NCBI RefSeq assembly: GCF_018977255.1
Contig: NW_024704743.1
Location: forward strand, 63,614,001-63,678,000
Source: Callorhinchus milii
Lineage: Eukaryota
DNA: 64,000 nt
Direction of reading: 5' to 3'
In this document: positions 12,047-24,844 of the stretch, one piece after another
How positions within the stretch are numbered: the stretch's first letter is position 1
How the letters are laid out: each line of letters opens with the position of its first letter
Notes under the pieces: generated by a model
Seen by the model: the letters and a program-made list of their open reading frames with translations, nothing else
Databases searched by the model: none
What the model was told of the DNA's origin: nothing
Made by a program: the position numbers and the translations under genes

Positions 12047-12268
12047 AAAAAGCATATTGACATCAGCCCAGCTACCTTCTAACCTTCTTCCTATCAACTA
12101 ATCAAAAAGTTTACCAACAGTGCTGACCAACTGACCTAATGTATCCACAATAGTGTGGATACAGACAATGGGATACATTAGTGTTAGTCAGCACTGCTGG
12201 TAAACCTTTTGGAATAGTTGATAGAAAGAAGGTTAGAAGGTAGCTGGGATGATGTCAATATGCTTTTT
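12047..12268. repeat. Long imperfect palindrome (about 100-bp arms)
   Basis: aaaaagcatattgacatcagcccagctaccttctaacc... mirrored by ...ggttagaaggtagctgggatgatgtcaatatgcttttt. Confidence 0.95.
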
Positions 12269-15092
12269 AGCATGGAGGTAATCTTGAGCATTGGGGCTAA
12301 TACCGTAAACGTTCTACTGGCCAAACCAAGGTAGATACTGGAAATATTTAAGAAGCCAGAGGGTGGGTGCACAGAAGAAGCAAAAGAAGAAAAAAAAGTT
12401 AGAGAAAATGTTATGTATCATGAAAACTTTGATCCGCTCTGCCTTCGTACACCTCCGCAACATCGCCCCTCTCCGCCACTGCCTCACCCCTCAGGTTGCC
12501 GAAACCCTGATCCACGCATTCAACACATTCAGGCTCGACAATGCCAACTACCTGCTTGCACAACATGCACAATTTACAAGATCAACTGGAAGGAGTAGAC
12601 TCAATGTGTTGGATGGCCTGTTCTCATTCTATACTCTCTTATTACAAGAGGCATTACTGGATATTCATGTCTGCTGTTATATTTACCAAGGTTTTTCACA
12701 CTAGAAACACATCCCAGACCTATGAGTTTTAAGAGCTATGAATTCTGAGAAATAAATCCCCTTACTGAACTATTCAATGATTGATTCAATGTACTGCATA
12801 ACAACCAAAGATTTACAACTATTGCCAATAAAAGTATATTGGAGATTTTCTTCCCCATTAACAAAGGTATTCACTAATTCATGACTCAGATTCAATGGAA
12901 ATTTCACAATGCTTTAAATTTGCTTAGAATTGTTCTCCACTACAAGTCCAGGTATTAAATTCAACTTGATTAGAAATTGTTTACCAAATTTGCAACGTCT
13001 CACACATCTGAGGCTGCATCTAGTTTTTGAAAATGATGGAAATACTTTTAAATCTACACAAGGACATTGTGGTAAAAGCTAATTCAGGTGCTAGGAACAC
13101 TGCTACAATTACTTTCAATTCAGTATCCACCCAACCCCCCAACCCCTAAATCATTTGTAAAATTGGTACTGACTGTATTTAGAGTCCACACTTTCGCTCT
13201 TAGTGAATAATTCAAACGCAGATTAAAATATTCAGGTCATCTTGAGGTTACTGATCAGCAAGTAACATCAGCAGTCTTATGTTGAAAAGACAGTTTGCGG
13301 TATAACTGTGTGTATATTGTACTTTATTTATTGACAGTGGTGTAACTGTAGTTGTTTTCCTCCAGTGTTCCACGTCTGCATAATCCATCATCTGTTATAG
13401 AGAGAAGTTCCTTAGTTCAGAGTCCTACTCCAATTTATTTCATTTCTAAATGGCTGTTTATTAAGTATTGACTATTTTTCCCTCTCCCCTGCGAGCTGTT
13501 GATTTATACAGTCTATGTTGCATGTTTCCCAGTCCTTTTGAAACAATATACTAACATCACAATCAATAAGCACTAGGTTGCTCATGTGGGAAAACAGAGC
13601 AAAATTTGCAGCTACATTTGAATTTAAACCACACCACAAGGAAAAATATAATGGCTGCAGGGATATAATATTGGCTTTTCACAAGATCAGAAGTAATTTG
13701 TTTTTGCTGATGTAATCTTGTCACCTAAAAATTCAATCTTCAGCCAGCTTTATTTATCCAGCACTGGTAGCCAGCCTAGGATAATCTGCTTTAATCATCA
13801 TCATTAAATTATAAAGGAAAATGGTAGAGGAAATAGTGAAAATTTGTTGAACTGTACACAAAATGATAACGCTTCAAAGCTCGACTGCCTATAATGAAGC
13901 ATTTCATATTTAACCTGGAATTTGTCATTCTCTGCAGTTTAGGTCCTTCATTCAGTGATAAAGGCTTCAATCATCCTGCTATAGAGACAGAACATGCTTT
14001 AAGATACGCCATGGCAGCAGACTAAATGGGCCAAGGTTCTGGATTGCAAAGGGAATTTCCCACACTACCTACCCAGAGAGTAATTAACAACTGGAACATG
14101 TTACCGGGAAAGGTGACCAGGACATTTAAGAAACAGCTTCATGTTTCTTAAAATTAATCATGGACAGTAGGGTACGTATTCTGGAATGATGAGATAAAGC
14201 AAAGGAAATTCCAAACAACACTGGCATCATAATGGATATGACTTAAATGAACTGAATATGAAAATGAAGAAATATTACTAAACACTAATTCAGATAAGGA
14301 GAATTAATATCAGACTACATCACATATACACATTGGCAAATGACTCTCAAATAAATTGTATGACTTTGTTTTTTGTACTGTTATTGAACCAGATTGGAAT
14401 ATCCAATATGTGTAAATGGGGAACTACAACATTTAAAAAAATCTACATTGTTGAAAATATTTTAAAATAAAAATGACTTAGTTCCGGTAAAACATAGCCT
14501 AAGCTAAATAATGATGTTGTCTGAAAATTGCAAACATACTCACTAACAGATCACTTCATGCCCTAGCATCTCTCTACCACTCCGACCCTGCGCACATTCC
14601 ACTCTACTACCTACCCACCACTCAGATGGCTCCAATTGACCGAAAGTCCCTAGTCCCCTCTGGCCCACCATCAGCAGCCATACTTTCAGCCACTATGCCC
14701 CAAAACTCTTGAACTCCCTAGCTTCAATCTCTCTGCCTTGGACCCTCCTTGCTCATCTTCAGATCACACCTAAAGCCCTTCCTCTTCAACCGTTCCTTCT
14801 CCCCTCCCTCCCCAGCTTGACATCAAGTGATCATAACTATATGCAATATTCATTGTAAAGGGAATTATATAAGCTGCCCCATGTAAAGGGAATTATATAA
14901 AGGCAAGTAGTTTTAAAAAAACTGCTGGAGAGTATGAAAGGTGGATATTGAAGGTAGGATGAATCGAATGCCCATAGCAGTGATGCCGTCCCCCACCCAA
15001 TCAAACAATTTCCAACACTCACGTATGAATGATGGCTACTTGGGTATAGAGGCAAATGACATACAAAGAACTGTACCCAGCAAACTGGAGAA

Positions 15093-15402
15093 TGGAGTCC
15101 TGTAGCTCAGTAGTTAGAGCACTCACCCCGCAAACGAGAGATCTGGGTTCGATTCCCATCACAGTGAAACCTTGGGCAAGTTTCCTTACTCCACACACCT
15201 GATAATAATCCTTCAAGAAAAAAAAACAATAATAAATTGGTCACTTCAATCCACGACTGTTTGTGGGACACTGCTGTGCACAATTGGCTGCTGTGTTTCG
15301 CCCACAAATATATAGTCAATTCACTTTACAGTATATTATGTGAAGCCTTGGAGACGTCTGGAAGACGTGAAAAGCACTATATCAAACGCAAGAATTATTA
15401 TT
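15093..15402 (+). mobile_element. tRNA/Deu SINE, short form
   Basis: Alignment to other copies. Confidence 0.9.
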
Positions 15403-16554
15403 AAATGGCGGAACAGGCTCAAAGAGCTGAATGGCCTACTCCTGTTCCTATGAAGTGAGGAGAATATGAGAGGGAAAACACAAGAAAAAGTAAGCCATTG
15501 GCTAATTTTTTCTTATGTGTCATAAGCTGAAACAGTAAATGTCTGTCAAGATTTACAAGTGCTTCTGCAATAAAAACTACTAATAAAACTCTCTGCTAAA
15601 TAGGCTGAGTAAATCTTTACTTCATTCAACGCACAGTACAACAGAAATAAAATTAGAGTGGCGACTGCTCCAATAATTGCTTGGCGTCACTAGATCTCCC
15701 ACCTCTCTCTTTCCCCCTCATCCCTCCTAGTTGATTTGAGCACTTTATTAGTTTGTGCCTTTGTTTTGTGCTCTGGGAGAGACTGCTAAGGTCACTTACT
15801 AATTTAACAATATTGTCTTCAGATGGTACAATATTTCAATTTGCTGATTTCTGGGATGACACATCACAAGGTTGCAATGCACCAGTTATCTCATGAGCTT
15901 CAAATATAATCCAGCTAATCCAGTTTTTATTTATTCAGTCACAATAAAGAACAATACATATTTATACTATCCAAGTCAGATTCAGCATATTAAACACATT
16001 TGCTATTTTAATGATATTTTATTGAAGTTGCCTCAAATTTCTGTGGTTCCACTCAGTTCTCAGAGTTGCTAAAGTTAGGTCCCACTTACCCTGCAGTGCT
16101 GCCATTATTAGCTGTAAGCCTTGCTTTCATCGGCATTAGCTGATACTTTTACTCAGTAAAAATGCTCCAAATAAGTTGTTCTGAGACTACACTGACTTAT
16201 CACTGTACTGCTAATATAAGACAGCAATACTGTACCAACAGCACATTTGTACACTGATGTACCACAATGTGGGTCAATCCCAGACCTCAGACACGGTGGT
16301 GTGGTGCTGAGTACAGGAACAGCATGCCCAAGGAGTGAAAAGCAAAGAAAAGTAAGCATCTGTTCAAGGTTTAATGCATCAATGCAAATTCAACATGAGA
16401 GAATATCTAGGAATAAGATACTTTCTAAGCAACAGGTGGCACAAGGGAAACAATCATGACAAAGGGTGTCTTACTCTTTGAAGAAACACATATCAGCATC
16501 TTAAAAAGAAATTGAAGTAGAGGTGAAGGGAATCTACATTCCAGTGGAGTCACA

Positions 16555-16850
16555 GCAAGTTAAACAACTTGCACTTCTATAGCACTCTAAATATAGTGTA
16601 ATGTTTCAGAGATGGGTTGGTCGCTGAGCAAGGGTGGGACCAGAGATCTGATCAAAGAGATTAAGATGGGATTTAGAATCAGATAGAGAGGAGATGAGAT
16701 GGAGGGAGTTCAAATGATTCGGGGCATAGCAACTGAAAGCTTGGCCACCAATGTTGGCTCTGAGGGCTGAGTAATACATAGCAAGCCCGAGTTAGTCAAA
16801 TGGAGCGAATGAGCAGAGGAGTGGGCTAGGAGAAGATCAGAAATAATGTC
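16555..16850 (-). mobile_element. Old L2 3' fragment
   Basis: aacaacttgcacttctatagcac tail plus G-rich degenerate body. Confidence 0.6.
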
Positions 16851-18604
16851 AAAGAATTTATTGGTGAATTATTGATAAACGCTTACAATTTATGATGTTG
16901 GAATGTCAGAGGGATACACATTTAAATAAACTACACAATGAGATATGAACATGTGATTACTGGAGATAATAACTTATCTTCAATCCTTAGTCATTTCTGA
17001 CGTGGTTGACAATGTTCTAGGAAGGGTGAAGGCCTCTTTACATTAAAGCATGCTCCATGTTTAAAATAGTTTAGACTAAAATCCAATTGATGCAGCAATA
17101 AAATGAAATGTGAGTATACGAGAATTTATACCACAATAGCAGTACAACCAGACTACTTGATCGCAAGTCTTCAATACAGAATTTAATCTGAATTACAGAA
17201 CATGCACATGCAGTCCTCCAATTATGCCTTAATTTGCATTTGTCAACTCAGCAGCTTTCTCTCTTTAATTGCAAATAGCATTCTGTCTACCCTGCAAGAG
17301 AAGCCTTGTCCCGATACCTCTCATGGGACCCGTATCTTAGCAGTACGAGCAAGAATGATACTATCACACAGCTCTGGGATTAGAACCCTTTTACTACAGT
17401 CTAAGCAATTTGAACTGTGTAGCTACAAAACAATACATGCAAAAAGTATAAAATGAGAATTATATTCAATATAATGCCTTTCACATCAGGAGGACATCAC
17501 AAAAATGCTTCACATTATATACTGTTAATGCAGCAGCCAATTAGCACACAGCAATGACCCTGAAACAGCTATGAAATGGTCAGAAAGCATTTTTCTCACA
17601 GAATACTTCAGTTTAATATAATACTTCAGCTTTTCACATCAAGAGGACGTCTCTAAGTACTTCACAGGATTTATTGTAAATTGCAGTGACTGTCTATTTT
17701 GCAGGCAAATGCATATATAAAGAATGTGCTGCCAAATAGTAAATAGCAGTTGCTTCTGGTGAAGAATGGCGTACCTCATTAATTTAAATCTCTTCTCAGT
17801 TAGAATGCATGTAGCCGGTTTGCTTAATTTCACACAACCCACCACAACCTGTCAATAGATATATTTAAAGACACGCTCAGATATAATGCTGCAGATGGCT
17901 GCTCTCATATTCTCTCCAGGGTCAATATATAGACATATTTTCCTGTAAAATGAGAGATCTCAGCAGGCATGGGAGCACTGCAATGGCCTTGCTTCTGTGC
18001 CAATCTGTCCAGTTAATGTGGGAGGAAGTAGAGTACTTGAATGAAGCGTAATGGGGCACATTATACTAGTACAGTAAAACTCTCACATGTTTGATCTGTA
18101 TAGATTGTATAATAGCTTAAGTTATACATATATATCTGCTCAAGTCCCGCTCAATTTCCTATCAAATCCATTTACGTTTAAATGCATTAGTCGTATTAAC
18201 AACTGCATAACTCATAACACAGCTACCGCACTGACTGTTGCCTGGTCAACATTTTGTTTCCTGCTCCCTCAAACGGAACATCACAAATATGCACCGCAAC
18301 TGTCTCTGCACCCTCCCTCCTGGAGATCTAACATTAACGTGATCATGCACAGCAGCAGGAGATGGGGGCTGAAAGAGCAAGGAGAGAGCAGAAAGAAAAA
18401 AAACTTTCCCTCTTCCCGGCGAGCCGTATTCTCAGGCCAGCGGCAAAATCCAGTGGTTGGCAGGACCCTCTCTTTCTCTTTGAGCAGTGTGGCTGTTTTT
18501 TTTACGGTCCAGCCTGCAGCAAACTGAACTTCCTATTCCGTGACTCTGCTTTGAACGGCAGCCATTCCCTCCCAGGTACATGTGGCTGATTCAGAGAGAG
18601 GGAG

Positions 18605-18775
18605 AGAGATTATTTTTTTGTTCAGCCGGCTGTCGGACACATGTGGAAACCCATCACCATGCTGAAGAATATCCAAACAAAGCTGAGATTTCTATGCATC
18701 CCATCTACACATGGAAATCCCAGAGATTGATTCTTGGAATGGAATATCCTGCTTACCTAATTCCGGAAACACCGG
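18605..18775 (-). mobile_element. Unclassified hairpin-rich repeat, copy 2 (3' end)
   Basis: tgtcggacacatgtggaaacccatcaccatg...gagatttctatg...catggaaatcccag matches 51245-51490 and 55785-55960. Confidence 0.8.
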
Positions 18776-18780
18776 GGGGG

Positions 18781-19080
18781 TGGGGCTGAAGAGAAACAGA
18801 GGGAGGGATGGGGGAGAGAGAGTGCGTGAAGGAGAGGGAGAGAGAGAGAAACAGGGAGGGAAGGAGAGTGATTGAAGGAGAGGGGGAGAGAGAAACAGGG
18901 AGGGAAGGAGAGTGATTGAAGGAGAGGGGGAGGAGAGAGAAACAGAGAGGGAGAGGGAAAGGGAGAGAGACAGTGATTGAGAGAGGGGGAAGTGTGATAG
19001 AGAGAGAAAGAGGGAGCATGAGGGAGAGTAGGAGGGGGAGTGAGAGAAACAGCGAATGAGTGAGAGAGAGAGAAATGAGG
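18781..19080. repeat. Purine-rich minisatellite/low-complexity tract (about 44-55 bp unit)
   Basis: Unit gagagaaacagggagggaaggagagtgattgaaggagagggg recurs; gaaacag anchors at 18793, 18848, 18892, 18939. Confidence 0.85.
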
Positions 19081-19099
19081 GCAGCATTTTTTGGTTCTC

Positions 19100-19144
19100 A
19101 AATAGGACACCCGGTTCAAGCAGCCAAAATGTTGGGCCACCCTG
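19100..19144. mobile_element. Possible hAT-Blackjack-like terminus
   Basis: aaataggacacccgg...gttgggccaccctg resembles ...GGACA...TTGGTCACCCT ends; no partner TIR found. Confidence 0.3.
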
Positions 19145-19569
19145 CTCCACGTGAAACAATCTTTGTAATAACTGTTTATATTCTAATAAAACATTTCTGA
19201 TCTGAAAGCAATTTGGTTGCGATATTCATTGTAGATGTTTCTACACATGAGGTACAGTACTGCACAGTACTACAGTAACACAGCACTATACAGAAAGAAT
19301 GGGCAACTATACTTTAATATTCATGGGTTAAACATGGTAACAGGAACCTTGCCTTAATGTCACCACTAGCCTTATTTGTACTGTATTTGTTATGTGTTAG
19401 TCATATAAAATCCAACTTGTACATAACTTTACAGAAATCGTATATGATACGACTCATGAAAGTTTGACAAAACTCATGCTTGCATAAGACATTAAACGTA
19501 TGGTCCCAACTGATACAATTTATACGAGGTTCACTGTAAAACAAAGCCTGGAGGGATTACGGTATGTTG

Positions 19570-20130
19570 TCAACAACAACTTATCCTTATTTACAGTCAG
19601 CTCAGCCTTTACGCAGGTTCAATTTCCTGCTCTCAGCAATGTCCAGTCCCAGCAAACTGCCTTGAAATTAATGATCATTTTTATTTGGAGATTGTTGACC
19701 ATGAGAAACTCCCTTCTCTTTTTGAATAATGCCCTGGGATCTTTAACATTGGGGCAGACTGGATCTTGGTTTCACCTGCAGAGACGCACCCTCAATAATG
19801 CAAAAAACAGATTACACTTGTATTGCGCCTTTCACGTCAGGAAGACATCCCAAGGCGCTGATGCAGTGCTTCCCCCAACACTGCATTAGAATGCAGTGCA
19901 GTGCACAAGGCACATTAAACGTATCGTCCCAACTGAGCATATTAAGCTCCCAAAATAAAGTGGTTCAGGACGCTACACCGTGCGAAGGGCACTATATAAA
20001 TGCAAGTTTTTGTTGTTGGAATGTCAGCTTACTCTATGAGTTCAAAGTCTCAATGTGGGGCTTTAACCCTCGACCTTCTGAATCAGAGGCAATCGTGCTT
20101 CCAATGAGCCAGGTTGACACCTGAAATAAT
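19570..20130 (-). mobile_element. Older DeuSINE carrying two small nested insertions
   Basis: Homologous to 24845-25262; inserts at 19803-19860 and 19894-20018. Confidence 0.8.
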
Positions 20131-22511
20131 ATGTGAAGTGGTTTCACTGGTTTCATAGCTACGTGGTAATGTTATAACACACAGACCTTTCCTTTTTTAA
20201 AAAAAAGTGGTTTATAGATTTGAATGTGATATTGTTTTTAAATAGCACTGTAGGTTTACCTCTTTCAGAGGTGAAGCATCATTCAGTAACAAATGGATTT
20301 TTTTAAAAAAAATGGTTGTTAGGCAAACACTGCACAGTGTAAATAGAGATTGGTTGGGCTGAACATTCAGGATTTAAATGAGTATCCCTAAGCTTGAATA
20401 ATATATCACTACTTGCATTTGATAGTCTGCCTATAGCATTGAAATATCTCAAAGTGCTTCCAGCAAAATGCTGTCAGTTGTAGTGTCTGTATCAAGCACT
20501 CTGGTATGCTACCCTGCATGAGGGGCGCTATATGAATGCAAGTTGTTGTTGCATTTATAGACAAGCAGATAATCACTTGTTATATAGAAAATGTGTCTTT
20601 TTTGATCTGATAAATAATGAATCGTTATAATTGTCAGAATGAAGTGACTTACAAATCATTAAGCCATCTGTACGAATGCAGAAAGGCAATGCAGCACCAG
20701 TACTTATCACTGTGATCAAACGGAAACAAGTGAAGAAAAGCCACCCTACGGCTTTCATCATTTTAATTAGAAAAAAATGACTGAGGATCACACAGAATAT
20801 TGGTTGCATGTAGTGTGCTGAGTTATCATGTACAATAAATAATTAAACAGTTTAATTATAAATTATTCTATACGTCTATATATTAAATTGGGTGCATAAA
20901 TAAAATCTAGATTTCATTGTTTAGTACAATCAACATTTTCATGCACATGAAGCACTTTAGGGAGGGGGAGTTCTCATTATGGCTAGCGTGTGCTAAAGCC
21001 TGTGCAGAATTGTACCATGCAGAAGTGAGCTTTGACAAAACCACAATTCCAACTTTAAAAATGCCAGAATAGTAAAAAAAATCTCCACTGACACAAAGGG
21101 TCAATCGTAGCTTATTTGACAATTAAAATTCAATGCACCCATTAAATTATGTTCCAATCTGCTTACATTCTAGTTCTGTAAGCAAGAAACTCCCTTTGTA
21201 AACATACAGCATTTGCCAACAAAGTTTAAAGACTAGTCACCAAAATTTTATGAAAAAAAATCAGATCCCACTAACGAAACAGAAACTAGAACTTTGCTTT
21301 AAACAACTGAAGGTATTAAATTCAAGAAAACCAGTAGATACATTGGTCTCTACACAATATTGTCTAATAGGATCTGCGTGAGATAAATTAAGCCAGCTTT
21401 AAATTTTTGCACGGATGTGTAATGAATACTCTTGTAACAAAAATTGTAAACCAAACCAGCTTTGCAATGTACCATGACTGCTATCTCTGCCCTGGTTTAC
21501 AAGAACACAAATTAGGGTTGAGAAAAGACCATTTTATCACCCTGAAACTCATCTCTGCAGGACATTAACTCTTCTATCATAACATCAATTTGTGTTTTAT
21601 ACAATCTCTAATGTTTTTGTCTACAATAAAGGTGCTATATAAATGCAATTTGATATTGTTGGCAACATTTCCTTGTGTTGTAGATGATTCCAAATACTTA
21701 AGTATTTTTTCAATATCATTTCTAAATTGACTTTTTCACTGATTTCTAATTAAATATTTTATTACAAAAAATGCTACATTCTTCGCTTACAATGAAGAAG
21801 AAGTTTTTCTTCATCTTATCTATAAGTTAAATAAGTTGACCATCTTCTCTCCAGCCTAACTCAAAACTTTCTTTGTCCCATCATCACAAGGCATTTTCCC
21901 TGAAAAAACATCAAAGAGAACTGCAAGAGCAGTCACTGCATTTACACATAAGCAACTCCAGAGGAAGTACAACATGAAATTCCTCATCTTAGTCAGACCA
22001 CCCAGGAAGGACACTTACTAGCAGAGGGAAGGAGGAAATAATGTAACATCAATAGTTAACCAACATCACCCAATTCCATCTCCCAGAGCAAGTTCAGAGT
22101 TGCACTGTCAGATTCTTGGCCAAGGGCAACTCTCAATCTTTCAGCAAATAGTACACAAGAATTGGGAGAAAAGTGACAAGGAACGAAGTTACAGAAATCA
22201 GTTTTATCCACAGAGCTACACGAGAGTCTAAATTCCCACTGTGTTCCAATATTTTCAATCTAAATATCATCCAATTGACTAAGTTAAAATGCATACGACC
22301 TTCTTGAAGTGTGCAATGTTTTGGCCTCAGGTAAATTCCTGTGCAGCTCAGTTTGTTGAAGACAAGTTGAAGTTTCAGTTGCAGTCTCCTGATCTAATCA
22401 GAACCAGACAGGGCAAGCCAGCGCAGCAGAACGCATTTCTTCAGTGATCCTTCTGGCTTTTTGGAGGTGTTCAAAAAGTTACCACAAGGTTAACTGGTTC
22501 GTGGTGGCCAT

Positions 22512-22820
22512 CAACAACAAATTACATTTGTATAACGCATTTAACGTCAGGAGGACATCCCAAGGCATTGGACAGTCAGGAATCAACACAGGAGCTGGTG
22601 GCTGGGATCAGGAGGAATGGAGGATAGGGGTAGGAGGGTGACTGAAGACACAGTCGAAGAGGAGGGTCTTGAGACGGTCTTGAAGGAGACAAGGGAGGGG
22701 GCGAGGGGGAGGAATTGTGGGATGGAATTCCAGAGTGTGTCGGCAGAGAAGCTGAAGGCCCACCTGCCAGTGGTGGGGCGGGCGAGGCGGGGGACGTGAA
22801 GCAGGCTAAGTGATCTTAGC
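22512..22820 (-). mobile_element. L2 3' fragment
   Basis: LHVPRLARPTTGRWAFSFSADTLWNSIP; (GTT)n tail. Confidence 0.85.
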
Positions 22821-24229
22821 AAAGTCGCTTTTTGATCCTTTCAGGTCAGCTCTTCGCATCATTGTGAAGCAGAATTTATCAAGTTTTGGTCATTCACTAA
22901 TAGCAAATAAATATTGATATGGTCAGTTTAACTGGAATTATTCAAAACAGACTTGTCATATGTATACAAAACATAAAGGAACATGTGCAAAATATTGTGT
23001 GGCAATCTCTCTAAAATCTAAGAAATCTTGTACTAGAAACAACAATTCTTCAGCGATAATCCGTACATTTAGGATCAAAATAAAACCCTGCAGTTTGGTC
23101 ATATCTGTCAGATAATTTTTGTTGCTAAATGTATTACATGTGGTAGTGTTGTAGCAGTTCTTTGTATGCATCTGAGAGCACTGTACAATATCAGTTTAAA
23201 TAGGGAATTGGATAAACATTTCAGGAAAAATGCCCTTTAAGGATACGAGGAGAAAAATTAGATTAATAGGCTTAGAGTGGATACTTCCAATGAGTTAAAT
23301 AGCACCAGCACAGGCACAATTGGCCTAATGCCCGCTTTCTGTGCTGTAAATGTTCTGAGACACTTTGATCATCAAAGAACAAGGTCACCAAATTCAAAGA
23401 CAGTCCATGAACAAGAATCGTTCTAACCCTTACCAACCTCCTGTTTATTGATTTCCAATCTCAGAGAGCTGGCAGGGATAGTTGCCAGGGAAGGTCAGCT
23501 CCTGGGAGTGAGGGAGAGAGCAAAAAGTACAAGCTCTATCACTCTTTTTAAGCCAACTTCACAGCAGTATTGTCAGAGTGCTAGGCACAGGCCATGCGCA
23601 AACACTTCTTGAGCAGAAAACAATTGTGCAGTGGTATAGAAAGGTGGTCTAAATGGAGAAAGAAATAATGAAGAATAAAAGATCATACAATTTTCTGTTA
23701 AAGGCTATTATAGGCCACATTAAAAAGATGGGTTTTCCATGGGCAATGCTGTACATATGAAACATATCCTGGAGTAAACAGCAAGCAAAACCGATCAACA
23801 ATCTATTAAAACTTCTCAAAGAACATTACAGTATTATACCCATTGGTGAACAAGTGCACACAGCCCCAGGTTTTCACGACTACCAAAGTTCCATAGTTAA
23901 CAGTTTTATAGCATATAATGTGCCTTTGTTTCTTTTGCAATATTTGCTGCACATTAACCTAGAAACAGAACCCATTGCAGCTGCCAAAGTAATTTCCTGT
24001 TCTCATCAGCAAATGCAATTCACTGGTTAAAAACAGAGTATCTACAGAGACTCAGAAACTCCAACACAACCCCACCTAGATGCGCACAATCTTAAATCAC
24101 CAGGGAGGCATGATGGCATTGCTACAGCAACCCTGTCACTCCTAATAAAGTCAACAAACAAACATGAGCTGCAGGTGCTACACCAGGATTTAATTCAATG
24201 CAAAGGAGCGATCACATCACAGTACTCAC

Positions 24230-24262
24230 CTTATTGCATTCAATGTCAATACTGGAATCCAT
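24230..24262 (-). CDS. Candidate alternative first or cassette coding exon (MDSSIDIECNK) of the EPB41L4B-like gene
   Basis: Kozak-like caaaATGG, 11 codons, consensus phase-0 donor AAG/gtgagt compatible with the phase-0 exon at 108-212; no homology evidence. Confidence 0.3.
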
Positions 24263-24844
24263 TTTGAAAAGTATATTTTTAAATACCTATAAACAGCAGT
24301 TTTTAAAAACATTTGACCGTCATCTGGAGGACGAAGAAGGCAAATAAAGATTCAGGTAATTTTGAATTAGCGCCACTCCTTTCCCTCTCCAAATGACTAA
24401 CAAACTAGCAGAAACAATACTTAGTCTGACCATAACTGCTCTTATTCAGAAAATAAAGACTACCTTTCGAAATGTGTTTAAAACATTAGTTATGCTACAA
24501 CAATTGAAGGCAGAGATGTTTCTTCTGAAAACTACCTGGCAGCAAGCTGAGTAGCCCCAGCACTTTACTAAGTTCCGAAAGACCATTCAAACTGAACCAT
24601 TCAAACTTTCTTGACTGAAAATATTTTCCTTCAATTTCAAATGTTGGGTCTCCAAACAAGGAAAATCCATAAAGGATTATGGCTCAATTCAACAACATCT
24701 TGCACTTATATAAAGGCACTATACAAATGTAATCTTGTTGTTGTTATATAGGCCCTCCATGCAGGGTAGCATCTCAGAGAGCTTTCAGAACAAAGAGAAC
24801 AAATACTTTAATGACATGCTTGTTATTTTTCTTTGCTCTTGAAA

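Larger units (their letters stand above)
18072..19536. mobile_element. Tigger/pogo-like non-autonomous DNA transposon with nested insertions
   Basis: TA-cagtaaaactc ... gaggttcactg-TA termini; right part (19370-19536) is homologous to 41780-41931. Confidence 0.6.

Noticed and set aside
14854..14901. 20-bp direct repeat with 28-bp period
   Set aside because: Simple local duplication at an L2 tail; only two units, not an array.
17180..17290. Octamer (ATTTGCAT) and TAAT-rich stretch as an enhancer
   Set aside because: Short motifs are common in AT-rich DNA; needs conservation or chromatin data.
18692..19159. 155-aa Ser/Leu/Pro-rich ORF and overlapping ORFs
   Set aside because: Artefact of the CT-rich low-complexity strand.
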